Positions 1 to 10,810 are shown, counted from the first letter of the stretch. The stretch is 64,000 nucleotides of DNA from Gammaproteobacteria bacterium (GCA_965209035.1 OZ242372.1:1184001-1248000), one strand, 5' to 3'. A program made the numbers and translations. The notes: a model not told the origin generated them from the letters alone.

Positions 1-1227
1 GGCGAGCAAGAGTGCCTGGACAAACCGCTCCGGTCGCGGCTGGGTGCCGATTGGGTTTTGTTCGGTAAATCAAACCAGTTGCACCGATCTAAATAGGTTC
101 TTTCAGCCTGTAACGAGATATCGTTCTTATACGGGAACTTTTGAGGGCAACGGCCATGGACTGTATGATCTGTTTATTAATGCAAACGCAGAGACGAGTG
201 AGACGATGGATATGGGCGGGTTGACTGTGCAAATCTTGTCATCTTCTCAAGGGATCGGTTTGTTTGGCGCGATAGCGGACAATGAGATTCGAAATCTGCG
301 CCTGGTGAACGCATATATCAAGGGCGGTTTGTTGAATATCGGCATGGTTGCCGGTGTTGCCAAGAATAGTGTGTTGCGTCGGGTTGCCGCCGAGGGGGCG
401 GCGGATGCGTTCGTGAACAGTCAAAGTATCGGCGGTCTGGTCGGCGGGGGACTGATAGACACGCCGGCGGTCAGCCTGACAATTCTCTCTTCTTATGCGG
501 TTTTGAACTTAAACAAAACCTTACCCTCCCGGTCGTTTTTTAATACCGTGTCTGAGGCTTCCTCACAGCTAAATTCTAATAATGAATTCTTAGATGCTTC
601 GGGTGGGCTGGTCGGCATAATGACCGGTTCTCTTGTGATCCGTTCTTCCTATGCGTTTGGTAATGTAATGACTACCAGGGCCTCAGTCGGCGGGCTGGTA
701 GGCTGGTATAATCATAATGCTCCTTTACCCAATACCTGTGAGATTACCGGTTCCTATGCCGCCCTGCGTCTCACCGCCGACAACTCTGTCGGCGGCATCT
801 TGGGGACGGTGTGGGGAGGTACTTGCCGATTGACAGCCTCTTATTCCGCTTCTGTTCCCAAGGGGACGGCGGGCAAGAGCGACATAGGCGGTCTGCGGGG
901 AAGTTTGTTTGTTAATGGTAATAATATCCGTGGCAATGTGTCTGTGAATGCCACCTATTGGGATGCGACCCTGGCCGGCGACACGCCGGTGAATGATGAC
1001 GATGTCCATGGCCGCACCACAGAGCAATTGCAAGAGGAGACAGAATTTCGGGTATTTATGCAATCTGGAACAACTATTTTTGCGATGCGGGGTCCGGTGT
1101 CCCCGGCGACTCGTTGGCTTGGGACCCGAGCGATGCGAACGCATATCCGCTATTAACTTGTCCGCCGGGCGGCGTCGCCCGCCAAAGGGAATTGTTTGCG
1201 AGATTCCGAGATGGATTGAATGAATAG
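1..1227 (+). CDS. C-terminal part of GLUG-like beta-solenoid surface lipoprotein, copy 1 (5' end outside window; 1-nt frameshift near 1046)
   Basis: Near-identical to 2572-3789; YTGTFEGNGH motif and GGLVG repeats. GAATTTCGG at ~1044-1052 has one T fewer than copy 2; restoring it gives the family C-terminus (..WDPSDANAYPLLTCPPGG..) ending TAG at 1225-1227. Confidence 0.75.
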
Positions 1228-1447
1228 ATGGTTTAATGGTTTAATCCGTTTAATCCATTAAAGAGGCAATTAAACAAACAAACAAATGGCGAAGAGCTGA
1301 CTAAAGGCAGGATGGCATCACAAAGAGGCGGTGTATATGTACAGATGCTCACAATATGAGGGACTTGCTACTTGTAAAAGACGAGTGGCGGGTAATAGTA
1401 AGATTTTTTGTGCAGAATGGTTTTTTTGAAATGAATGCTTCCTTATA

Positions 1448-1456
1448 TGGTAAAAT
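1448..1456 (+). promoter_or_regulatory. Putative extended -10 promoter (TG-n-TAAAAT) for adhesin copy 2
   Basis: TGGTAAAAT about 60 bp upstream of ATG 1516, in an AT-rich tract. Confidence 0.4.
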
Positions 1457-1515
1457 ATTAACAATGATTTTGATTTTATCTGTTTACTTTTTACTTTAAC
1501 AAAAAATAATTCATT

Positions 1516-3789
1516 ATGAGTCTATTTGCAATCCATGCTCTCAGTAGCAACGGCATAGCCGCAGCCGGCCGAACAATAGGCCGCGGCATTCTTTTATTAT
1601 TAACAGTCGCCCTGTCGGCCGTTCTGCTCACCGCCTGTGGTGGCGGGGGGGGGGGGCAGTAGTGGAGATCCCGGCGGTGAGTTTCCCGCCGTTTCCGATC
1701 TAAACATTATTCCGGCCGAGGGCAGTTTGCTGCTCAATTGGACCAACCCGAATCGCATCGATATCAGCGACTTTAATATCAGTTGGGTCAGTACAAGTGC
1801 GACCGGATCAGGAACGGGGTCGGGATCGCGGCTTACCGGGGATCAGTCGGATCAGTCTGCCCTGACGATGACGGGCTATTTGCTTGACGGTCTGACAGAC
1901 GGCACCGGTTACACGGTCAGTGTGTCCGTCCTGTATGCGGGCGGCGGCCTATCCAATGTGGTTTCGGGACCGATGCGCCGCCCGGGGAAAAATACGGACG
2001 GCGATCATCTGCCGGATAACGAGGATCCGGACGATGATAATGACGGGCTGAATGATTTTGCCGAGGACGGGAGCACACCATTGGATGCCTGTCCGCGCGG
2101 TGATACGGGCTGGACCTCCAATGCGTCTGCGGACAATGACGGCGATGGCTGTCGGGATGCGCATGCCGAGGATGCGGACGATGACAATGATGGGGTGCCC
2201 GACACTACGGACAACTGCCCGCTTGTCGTCAATGCGTTGCAGGAGAACAGTGACTTGGATGCGCCGGGCGATGCTTGCGGCGATACGGATGACAACGGGA
2301 CGCCGAATGTGGCGGACCCGGATGATGACGGTGATGGCGTGGCCGATGCGGCGGATGTGGACGATGACGGCGATGGGTTGATAGAGGTGCGGACGCTGGA
2401 TGATTTGGGGCGCATGCGCGATGATCTTAACGGCAACGGCGGGGATGATAGTCACTTTACCGATGTTGTGGCTATGGGGTCATCGGGCTGTCCGACCCCG
2501 GGCGGCTGTACCGGTTACGAATTGGTGCGTTCGTTGAATTTCAGTGATGCGGGCTCGTATGAGACGGGTTCGGCGAGCAAGAGTGCCTGGACAAACCGCT
2601 CCGGTCGTGGCTGGGTGCCGATTGGGTTTTGTTCGGTAGATAAAACCAGTTGCACCGATCTAAATAGGTTCTTTCAGCCTGTAACGAGATATCGTTCTTA
2701 TACGGGAACTTTTGAGGGTAATGGCCATGGACTGTATGATCTGTTTATTAATGCAAGCACAGAGACGAGTGAGACGATGGATATGGGCGGGTTGACTGTG
2801 CAAATCTTGTCATCTTCTCAAGGGATCGGTCTGTTTGGCGCGATAGCGAACAATGAGATTCGGAATCTGCGCCTGGTGAACGCATATATCAAGGGCGGTT
2901 TGTTGAATATCGGCATGGTTGCCGGCGTTGCCAAGAATAGTGTGTTGCGTCGGGTTGCCGCCGAGGGGGCGGCGGATGCGTTCGTGAACAGTCGAAGTAT
3001 CGGCGGTCTGGTCGGCGGGGGACTGATAGACACGCCGGCGGTCAGCCTGACAATTCTCTCTTCTTATGCGGTTTTGAACTTAAACAAAACCTTACCAGCT
3101 CGGTCGTCTTTTAACACCGCGTCTGAGACTTTCCCACCGCTAAATTCTAATAATGAATTCTCAGATGCTTCGGGTGGCCTGGTCGGTGCAATGTCCGGTT
3201 CTCTTGTGATCCGTTCTTCCTATGCGTTTGGTAATGTAATAACTACCAGGGCCGAAGTCGGCGGGCTGGTAGGTCGGTATAGTTATAGTGCTCCTTTACC
3301 CAATACCTGTGAGATTACCGGTTCCTATGCCGCCCTGCGTCTCACTGCCGACAACTCTGTCGGCGGCATCTTGGGGACGGTGAGGGGAGGTACTTGCCGA
3401 TTGACAGCCTCTTATTCCGCTTCTGTTCCCAAGGGGGCGGCGGGCAAGAGCGACATAGGCGGTCTGCGGGGAAGTTTGTTTGTTGGTAGTGCTAATAATA
3501 TCCATGGCAATGTGTCTGTGAATGCCACCTATTGGGATGCGACCCTGCCGGCGACACGCCGGCGAGTGATGACGATGTCCATGGCCGCACCACAGAGCAA
3601 TTGCAAGAGGAGACAGAATTTTCGGGTATTTATGCAATCTGGAACAACTATTTTTGCGATGCGGGGCCCGGCGTCCCCGGCGACTCGTTGGCTTGGGACC
3701 CGAGCGATGCGAATGCATATCCGCTATTAACTTGTCCGCCGGGCGGCGTCGCCCGCCAAAGGGAATTGTTTGCGAGATTCCGAGATTGA
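1516..3789 (+). CDS. Surface lipoprotein copy 2: signal peptide, FN3-like domain, TSP3-like Asp-rich Ca-binding repeats, GLUG-like solenoid; frameshifts at G12 tract (1645-1656) and near 3547
   Basis: ATG 1516 gives MSLFAIHALSSNGIAAAGRTIGRGILLLLTVALSAVLLTAC (lipobox), then shifts into ORF 1637-3730 (LLLNWTNP..YTVSVSV; DDDNDGVPDTTDNCP; GGLVG). The true C-terminus is in ORF 3532-3789. Confidence 0.8.
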
Positions 3790-4002
3790 TTGAATGAATA
3801 GATGGTTTAATCTGTTTAATCCATTCCATTAAAGAGGCAATTAAATAAACAAACAAATGGCGAATAGTTTACTAAATGGCAGCAGGGCATCACAAAGAGG
3901 CGGTGTATGTGCACAAATGCTCACAATATGAGGGACTTGCTACTTGTAAAAGACGAGTGGCGGATAATAGTAAGATTTTTTGTGCAGAATGGTTTTTTTG
4001 AA

Positions 4003-4239
4003 ATGAATGCTTCCTTACAACAAACAAAACAAATTCAAGAAAAGTATCAACAAAGATGGATGGAGAAAAAATACATCTCTGCTGTTGGAATGGCACAAAC
4101 AGAAGATCACGGAGAAGAGAACTACTGCCTTGTCATTTATTTTACCGATAACAAAGATCATCCGGATATACCGGGACCGAATGAGTTGGATGGAGTTTTA
4201 ATTAAGAAATTATATAACCAAACATTTACAGTATCTTAA
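4003..4239 (+). CDS. Small hypothetical protein (~78 aa)
   Basis: AT-rich ORF MNASLQQTKQIQEKY..ISAVGM..LVIYF..IPGPNELDGVLIK with protein-like composition; start chosen at ATG 4003. Confidence 0.55.
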   Translation: MNASLQQTKQIQEKYQQRWMEKKYISAVGMAQTEDHGEENYCLVIYFTDNKDHPDIPGPNELDGVLIKKLYNQTFTVS

Positions 4240-4750
4240 ACCCGGAAAGGCAAAAAAATTGCAAAGCGTGTTGTGGATGTCGCAGAGCAACAAGCGTTGG
4301 ATTCTCTCCGGATGCCCAATATTACAGCCGTAGAATTTTTTGAAAAGTTTTCCGGCGACCCATGCGGGAGAACCGTGTATCGGCATTTAAACAAACATTT
4401 AAACAAACAAAGAGCAGAGCAAGATGCAAGAGGCGGTAGCAAGACGCTAAGCGATTTTTTATTTTTGCGTTCTTCGGCGCAGAGTTTAAGTTTATAGAGC
4501 AATCTGTCTTTGAACGGCTTTCTTGTCAGTCATCAGTTATGAAGCATCCGAAATCGGACGGGCGGTATGGGACGGGGTGGGGCGAAATGGAACGGATACA
4601 ATTCTCGGATCTGTCCCGGGTTGTCTGTGCTATAATAATTCTACCGTTTGGTTGCGATGCGGGCAGGCGGTGTTGCCGGGTTTTTGCGAAGATACGGCAC
4701 AATCGTTATTATTAATTGTTACTTTATGAAATTGAACTTAAACTTAAAAG

Positions 4751-5386
4751 ATGACTAAAATACTTTCCACTTCATTGACCCGGGCGGAGCAATCGGTTGC
4801 TCGCAGCCTGTGGGTTTCTTTGGCGGCGGTTTTCGCCGGCAGTCTCGTTTTGACATTGTCGGCAAAAATACAAGTGCCGTTTTATCCCGTGCCGATGACC
4901 TTGCAAACCTTGGCCTTGGCGGTGATATGCCTTGCTTACGGGACACGCCTTGCCGTTGCAACTGTGTTGGTTTACCTGGCACAGGGGGCTCTGGGTGTGC
5001 CGGTGTTTGCCGGTGCCGTGGCGGGCCTGCCGTATTTGTTGGGACCGACAGGCGGTTATTTAATGGGCTTTATCCCGGCCGCGTTGTTGTTGGGATATGC
5101 CGGCAGCCGTATGCGTTCGCGCCCGGAGCCGCAAATGAAACAGGGGCTGCGTTTGCTGCCTTTAATTGTTATGCTCGCTGTTATTTTGGCCGCATATGCC
5201 CTGGTGTATGCCTGCGGTTATGCTTGGCTGGGATTTCAGATCGGCTATGAGAAGGCCTTTTGGTTGGGTGTTGCTCCTTTTGTTTTGGGTGATCTTGCCA
5301 AGGCGGCATTGGCTGCGGTCAGTTTGCAGATTGGCTGTTCTTTGGCTGTGCGAATCGGGCTGCTTTCCGATGCCGATAAAAAATAA
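4751..5386 (+). CDS. bioY: Biotin transporter BioY (ECF S component)
   Basis: PVPMTLQT, YLAQGALGVPVFAG, GPTGGYLMGF and PFVLGDLAK are BioY signatures. Confidence 0.95.
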   Translation: MTKILSTSLTRAEQSVARSLWVSLAAVFAGSLVLTLSAKIQVPFYPVPMTLQTLALAVICLAYGTRLAVATVLVYLAQGALGVPVFAGAVAGLPYLLGPTGGYLMGFIPAALLLGYAGSRMRSRPEPQMKQGLRLLPLIVMLAVILAAYALVYACGYAWLGFQIGYEKAFWLGVAPFVLGDLAKAALAAVSLQIGCSLAVRIGLLSDADKK

Positions 5387-5446
5387 AGGCTATTAAAGGA
5401 TAAGGGTTATTTAAAGGAAGAACTCCGCGGGGATCCTTAAGCAAGT

Positions 5447-5474
5447 AAAGGGCGGCATAGGTCGCCCTTTTTTT
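5447..5474 (+). terminator. Intrinsic terminator after bioY, possibly bidirectional
   Basis: Stem AAAGGGCGGC, loop ATAG, GTCGCCCTTT, followed by TTTT. Confidence 0.7.
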
Positions 5475-5680
5475 GGGGTGGTGGTGGCGGTATCCGCTAT
5501 ATAAGAACAGTTTCTTCCGGCCAGATTCTTTGCGAACGGGTTGAACGGCTGTTGAATGACCGCGGCCGCGATCTCGCGCCGCCGTTTACAGTCGTTTGCA
5601 GCCGTTTGAAATGCCAAAACCGGTTATCCGACAGTCGGTAACGGTAGCCGGGTTCCTTACCTTAATAGACAGATATTCTC

Positions 5681-6329
5681 GTTTTTAGTGGGCGGCGTCC
5701 CAGTTGGGACCGTAACCGAAATCCACTTTTAAGGTAACCATTAGTTTTTCGCGCAGGGGGCTGACCTGCTCCATCGCATCGCAGATGACTTGTCGGCATT
5801 CTTCCGCCGCATCTTTTTTGATCTCAAACAGGAGTTCGTCATGTTTTTAGTGGGCGGCGTCTCGGTTGGGACCGTAACCGAAATCCACTTTTAAGGTAAC
5901 CATTAATTTTTCGCGCAGGGGGCTGACCTGCTCCATCGCGTCGCAGATGACTTGTCGGCATTCTTCCACCGCATCTTCTTTGATCTCAAACAGGAGTTTG
6001 TCATGTTTTTAGTGGGCGGCGTCCCGGTTGGGACCGTAACCGAAATCCACTTTTAAGGTAACCATTAATTTTTCGCGCAGGGGGCTGACCTGCTCCATCG
6101 CGTCGCAGATGACTTGTCGGCATTCTTCCACCGCATCTTCTTTGATCTCAAACAGGAGTTCGTCATGTTTTTAGTGGGCGGCGTCCCAGTTGGGACCGTA
6201 ACCGAAATCCACTTTTAAGGTAACCATTAATTTTTCGCGCAGGGGGCTGACCTGCTCCATCGCATCGCAGATGACTTGTCGGCATTCTTCCACCGCATCT
6301 TTTTTGATCTCAAACAGGAGTTCGTCATG
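5681..6329 (-). repeat. Four tandem 162-bp copies of the polA 3' end (the last copy is the gene itself)
   Basis: Units start GTTTTTAGTGGGCGGCGTC at 5681, 5843, 6005 and 6167; copies differ by a few transitions. Confidence 0.95.
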
Positions 6330-8876
6330 CACCTGTAGGATCATGACGGCCTTGTTTTTGTCCAAAGTTGCGTTGGCGGTGATCATGGCAAGACGCATCA
6401 GGTCGGCCGCCGTTCCTTGGACCGGCGCGTTAATGGCGGCCCTTTCCGCGCCCTGGCGCGCGCCGAATGCTTTGCTGTTGATGTTCGGTGTGTGAATGCG
6501 GCGGCCGCTCAGAGTTTCCACCCATCCTTTTTCCGCGGCCTGTTTTTTGGTTCTTTCCATGTAAGCGCGCACTCCCGGATATCGTTCAAAATACAGGTCA
6601 ATGTATTCTTGTGCGGTGGTCTTGTCAATTTTCAGTTGGCTCGCCAAACCAAACGCCGACATACCGTAAATCAGACCGAAGTTAATTGCTTTGGCGCGCC
6701 GTCTTTGTTCCGGGCTGACGGCCGCCAATTCCGCGCCGAACACTTCGGCCGCCGTTGCCCGGTGAATGTCCTGATCTTTGGCAAAGGCATCCAACAGGGC
6801 GGGATCCTCGGAGAGGTGCGCCATCACGCGCAGTTCTATTTGCGAGTAGTCTGCGGATGCCAGAACGCAGCCTTTGGGGGCGACAAATGCCTTGCGAATG
6901 CGCCGGCCTTCTTGGGTGCGAATGGGGATGTTCTGCAAATTCGGGTTGCTTGAAGAAAGGCGCCCGGTGGCGACCGCCGCCTGATGGAACGAGGTGTGCA
7001 CCCGGCCGGTGCGCGGATTCACCTGTTTGGCGAGGGCGTCCGTGTAGGTGTTTTTTAACTTGCTCAGGTTGCGGTATTCCAAAATGTGGCCGGGCAGTTC
7101 GTGTTCGGTCGCCAGTTGGGTGAGGACGCGCTCCGCCGTGGAACGCTGGCCGCCTTCGGTTTTACGCGATGACTTGAGTCCGAGTTGTTCGTAGAGAATT
7201 TTTTCCAACTGAGATGGCGAGTTGATGTTGAATTCCGTGCCGGCAATGCGGTGGATCTCTTTTTCCAGAGTGCGGATGCTGTTGCCGAGTTCGGCGCTTT
7301 GTTCGGCAAGCAGTTTTGTATCCAGCAGCGCGCCGCGGCGTTCCATATCAAGAAGGATGGGCAGCAGCGGTAGGTCCGACTGTTCGTATAGGTCGGTGCT
7401 TTCTTTGGTCGCGGCGATTTCTTTTTTCAGAAGTTGCCACAGTTGCAAGCAGACATCGGCGTCTTCGGCCGCATATTCGCCGCCCGCCTGTATGTCAATT
7501 TCTTGGAAATGCAGTTGGTTTTTCCCTTTGCCGGCAAGGTCTGTAAATTCCTTTTTGGTGCGTTTCAACAGAGAGAGGGTCAAACTTGTCAGGTCTCGTC
7601 TGCCCGATGTGACAAGATAGGACATGAGCATTGTGTCGTCAAACTTTTTGGGAATGTCGCTGCCATGGTTGCGCAGTATGTGAAAATCAAACTTGGCGTT
7701 GTGGCTGACAACTGTCTTGGCGGCGTCTGCAAACAGGGGGGCGAGGTCCCGGAGCATGTCTTCGGTGGACAGTTGCTCCGGCACTCCCATATACCGATGC
7801 TCACATGGGACATAATAGGCTTCGTCCGGGGATACGGCAAAGGAAAAGCCGACAATCTTGGCGTCCAGGTGTTCCAGGCCGGTGGTTTCCAGGTCAAAGG
7901 CAAAAACGGAAGATTGTTTTAGTATGTTCAGCAACTTGGCACGGTCTTCGGATGTCAAAATGATCTGATAGGACAGACCCTGCGGCTGTTGCGGTGTTTC
8001 GTTGAGTTCTTTTAAGAACGACTTCAGGTCATATTCCAGATAAAGAGCCTTTAACTTTTCCGGGTTCGGCTCTCGCATGGTGAGTTCCGCGGGGTTCAGA
8101 GGCGGATCCGATTCCGTGATGAGAGTGTTTAGTTTTTTGAGCAGCGGCAATTGTTCCAAAGAGGCGCGCAGATTTTCGCCGACCTTGCCCGGCACCTTGT
8201 CCGCGTTCTTTGCCAGGTTGTCCAAGGAACCGTATTCCTGTAACAGTTTGACGGCGGTCTTGTTGCCGATCATCGGCACGCCGGGGATGTTGTCCACTGT
8301 GTCGCCAATCAGGGTCAGGTAATCGGCGATGCGCTCCGGCGGGACGCCGTATTTGTTCTCCACCCCCTCGGCATCCCAAATCTCGTCCGTGCGTTCGTCC
8401 GCCAAAATAAAAATGTTGTTGTTGACCAGTTGCGCCAAATCCTTGTCTCGGGTGACGATGTAAGTTTTCTCGTAAAGAGCGGGAGAGCGAGTGCAAAGAT
8501 GCGCGATGACATCGTCCGCTTCCAGGCCGTCCCCTGTCAGCACCGGGAAACCTTGCGCCCGGATGATTTCCTTGAGCGGCGGGATCTGCTCGGAAAGGTC
8601 TGCCGGGGTTGGCGGGCGATTTGCCTTGTATTCGGGGAACCACTCGGCTCTCGTTTCTTTGCCCTTGCCGTCAAACACGGTGATGATGTTGCTCTTTGGG
8701 TGCTTGCGGCGCAGGGCCCTCAGCATGTTGAGAACGCCGAAGATGACCTGAGTGGGTCTGCCTTTGGTGTCCGACATGGCCTGATGGCGGAGGACATGAT
8801 AAGCGCGGAACACATGCCCGGAGGTGTCCGTAAGAATGAGAGGATTCTTGTCCTTTTTAATCTTCTCGGGGACCAT
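6171..8876 (-). CDS. polA: DNA polymerase I
   Basis: 5'-3' exonuclease (YKANRP, EADDVI, GDTVDNIPGV), 3'-5' exonuclease (FDLETTG), polymerase motifs ADYSQIELR, KAINFGLIYG and QVHDEL. Likely start MVPEK at 8876. Confidence 0.98.
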   Translation of the reverse strand: MVPEKIKKDKNPLILTDTSGHVFRAYHVLRHQAMSDTKGRPTQVIFGVLNMLRALRRKHPKSNIITVFDGKGKETRAEWFPEYKANRPPTPADLSEQIPPLKEIIRAQGFPVLTGDGLEADDVIAHLCTRSPALYEKTYIVTRDKDLAQLVNNNIFILADERTDEIWDAEGVENKYGVPPERIADYLTLIGDTVDNIPGVPMIGNKTAVKLLQEYGSLDNLAKNADKVPGKVGENLRASLEQLPLLKKLNTLITESDPPLNPAELTMREPNPEKLKALYLEYDLKSFLKELNETPQQPQGLSYQIILTSEDRAKLLNILKQSSVFAFDLETTGLEHLDAKIVGFSFAVSPDEAYYVPCEHRYMGVPEQLSTEDMLRDLAPLFADAAKTVVSHNAKFDFHILRNHGSDIPKKFDDTMLMSYLVTSGRRDLTSLTLSLLKRTKKEFTDLAGKGKNQLHFQEIDIQAGGEYAAEDADVCLQLWQLLKKEIAATKESTDLYEQSDLPLLPILLDMERRGALLDTKLLAEQSAELGNSIRTLEKEIHRIAGTEFNINSPSQLEKILYEQLGLKSSRKTEGGQRSTAERVLTQLATEHELPGHILEYRNLSKLKNTYTDALAKQVNPRTGRVHTSFHQAAVATGRLSSSNPNLQNIPIRTQEGRRIRKAFVAPKGCVLASADYSQIELRVMAHLSEDPALLDAFAKDQDIHRATAAEVFGAELAAVSPEQRRRAKAINFGLIYGMSAFGLASQLKIDKTTAQEYIDLYFERYPGVRAYMERTKKQAAEKGWVETLSGRRIHTPNINSKAFGARQGAERAAINAPVQGTAADLMRLAMITANATLDKNKAVMILQVHDELLFEIKKDAVEECRQVICDAMEQVSPLREKLMVTLKVDFGYGPNWDAAH

Positions 8877-9816
8877 AGCGAATTTGGATGCCGCGGTTGT
8901 CGGCCAGTAAGCGGAAACTTTTGAAAGACAGAGCGCGTTTTTGGAAATGCCGGCTAACCGCGGCATCCAATTTTTTGGTTTTTCCGTTTTCCGCCAGCAG
9001 AAGAATAGCCGGCCCGCTGCCGCTGATACAAACTCCAAGCGCGCCGGCGGCCGGCAGACTCTGTTTTAGTTCCACATAGCCGAGTTCCGGCTTGTCCCTG
9101 TAAGGTTCGTGGATGCGGTCATGCATCGCCTGCCGCAACAGAGCGTAATTTTGGGTTGCAAATGCCAGTGCGGTAAGACTGGCATAACCGAGATTTGCGG
9201 ACAGGTCCGCGCGTGTGAACCGGTCGGGCATGGTTTTTCGGGCGGCGGCGGTGGATGTTTGCAGGTCCGGCAGAATCAGAATGCAGAGGAGATCGCGCGA
9301 CACGGGAATCCGGTGCACCTTGTATTCTTTGGTTACGGGATGGCGAACGGATATGGTGAAGCCGCCAAACAAAGACGGCGCCAGGTTGTCCGGATGCCGT
9401 TCAAAGCCCACGGCCATTGCCAGCAGTTCTTCCTTGTTCGGTTTGCGTTCGTTGAGAATCTGCGCGGCCGCGGCCGCGGCGATTACGGCTGTGGCACTGG
9501 AGCCCATGCCGCCGTAGGGAGGCACGCGCACTGTTGCGTGCAGAGAGAAGGGGCGCGCCGGCAGGTTCATTTTTTTACAGCATTTTTTGTAGCATTTAAC
9601 CAGGTAGTTTCTGTCGGGGTTGGTAAAGGAGTTGTGCAGTCCGACTTTTGTTTTTTCCGCTGCGTTGGCCGCGTTGATCGTGTTGTAAGTCAGCGAATAC
9701 TCCGGTGCCGGCTTAAACGAAAATTCGTTTCTGACGGACAGGGCCATACCGAATGTATCAAATCCCGCACCCATGTTGCCGCTGCTGGCGGGCACTGTCA
9801 GGGTAAAAGCGGACAC
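8857..9816 (-). CDS. thrB: Homoserine kinase (GHMP family)
   Basis: VPASSGNMGAGFD, PPYGGMGSSA, ERHPDNLAP, DRIHEPYR, ISGSGPA. Confidence 0.93.
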   Translation of the reverse strand: MSAFTLTVPASSGNMGAGFDTFGMALSVRNEFSFKPAPEYSLTYNTINAANAAEKTKVGLHNSFTNPDRNYLVKCYKKCCKKMNLPARPFSLHATVRVPPYGGMGSSATAVIAAAAAAQILNERKPNKEELLAMAVGFERHPDNLAPSLFGGFTISVRHPVTKEYKVHRIPVSRDLLCILILPDLQTSTAAARKTMPDRFTRADLSANLGYASLTALAFATQNYALLRQAMHDRIHEPYRDKPELGYVELKQSLPAAGALGVCISGSGPAILLLAENGKTKKLDAAVSRHFQKRALSFKSFRLLADNRGIQIRYGPRED

Positions 9817-9936
9817 AGAAAATCGTTGCGAAGCGCAGAATGAATAGGCATCTTGTGTTTGTTTTCGTTACATCGACTCATGGGGTTATTGTAAAACAAA
9901 TAAAAAGGCGCGAATGGATTAAAATATGTAACGAAG

Positions 9937-10731
9937 ATGCCAAGACATACGATTGCCGAGTTACATCGGCTTAAGAAGGAGAAGCAGCGATTTTGTTGCC
10001 TGACCGCCTATGATGCGACCCAAGCGCGCGTGTTGTCGCGGGCGGGGACGGAGGTGTTGCTGGTCGGTGATTCTCTGGCGCAGGTGGTGCAGGGGCGTTC
10101 TTCCACGCTGGGGGTGCGGTTGGATGAAATGGTCTATCATACCCGGGCGGTTGCGAGCGGGAATTGCGGTTCTTTGTTGATGGCGGATGTGCCGTTTGCC
10201 TGCGCCTATGATATGGTCGCGGCTACGGAGAGTGCGCGCCGGTTGTTGCGCGCGGGTGCGGAAGCGGTTAAGTATGAAGCGGACGCGGAGATGGTGCCGT
10301 TGCTTGCGGACTTGAGTCGTCAGGGTATTCCAATCTGCGCGCATCTGGGGTTGCGACCGCAGCAGGCGGTGCGGGAAGGCGGTTATCGTGTTAAAGGACG
10401 AACACCCGCGGAGGCGGCCGAGATGCTATCCATGGCCAAGGAGTGCGCGGCGGCCGGCGTTTGTTTTTTGTTGTTGGAGTGCACAGAGGCGAGCCTGGCG
10501 AAGCGGATTACGGCGGCCGTGAAGATTCCGGTGATTGGCATAGGGGCGGGCGCGGACACGGACGCACAGATTTTGGTGCTTTATGATTTGTTGGGCTTGC
10601 ATCCGAACCCGCCGAGATTTGTGCGCAACTTTCTTGCGGGTGCCAACTCTGTGGATCAGGCGGTTAAAAATTATTGCAAGAGTGTGCGGGAAGGGGACTT
10701 TCCCGCGGCGGCTGAGAGCTATATGTCTTGA
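9937..10731 (+). CDS. panB: 3-methyl-2-oxobutanoate hydroxymethyltransferase
   Basis: LTAYD, LLVGDSL, AHLGLRPQ, IGIGAG, DAQILVLYDLLG. Confidence 0.96.
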   Translation: MPRHTIAELHRLKKEKQRFCCLTAYDATQARVLSRAGTEVLLVGDSLAQVVQGRSSTLGVRLDEMVYHTRAVASGNCGSLLMADVPFACAYDMVAATESARRLLRAGAEAVKYEADAEMVPLLADLSRQGIPICAHLGLRPQQAVREGGYRVKGRTPAEAAEMLSMAKECAAAGVCFLLLECTEASLAKRITAAVKIPVIGIGAGADTDAQILVLYDLLGLHPNPPRFVRNFLAGANSVDQAVKNYCKSVREGDFPAAAESYMS

Positions 10732-10810
10732 TGTCCTTTGATGCATCTTGATGCTGTTTTTGTCGATATTTGGTCCGAAGCGGACTGCCTGGTTGTATTG
10801 ATTTGAGCCG

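Larger units (their letters stand above)
1..4017 (+). repeat. Tandem duplication, period ~2571 bp (1-1445 matches 2572-4017)
   Basis: GGCGAGCAAGAGTGCCTGG at 1 and 2572; similarity runs to ATGAATGCTTCCTTA at 1431-1445 and 4003-4017. Confidence 0.92.

Noticed and set aside
1040-3550. True pseudogenisation of both adhesin copies by C-terminal frameshifts
   Set aside because: Each copy lacks a different single base in a short homopolymer (T near 1046, G near 3547) and the other copy is intact there, which is typical of long-read indel error. Unresolved without reads.
5681-6329. CRISPR-like periodic array
   Set aside because: Whole units are repeated with no unique spacers, the unit is polA coding sequence, and no cas genes are present.
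8877-9038. Long N-terminal extensions of polA (also coxA, gspH, gspM) in the ORF track
   Set aside because: They overlap upstream genes; downstream starts match the normal family N-termini.
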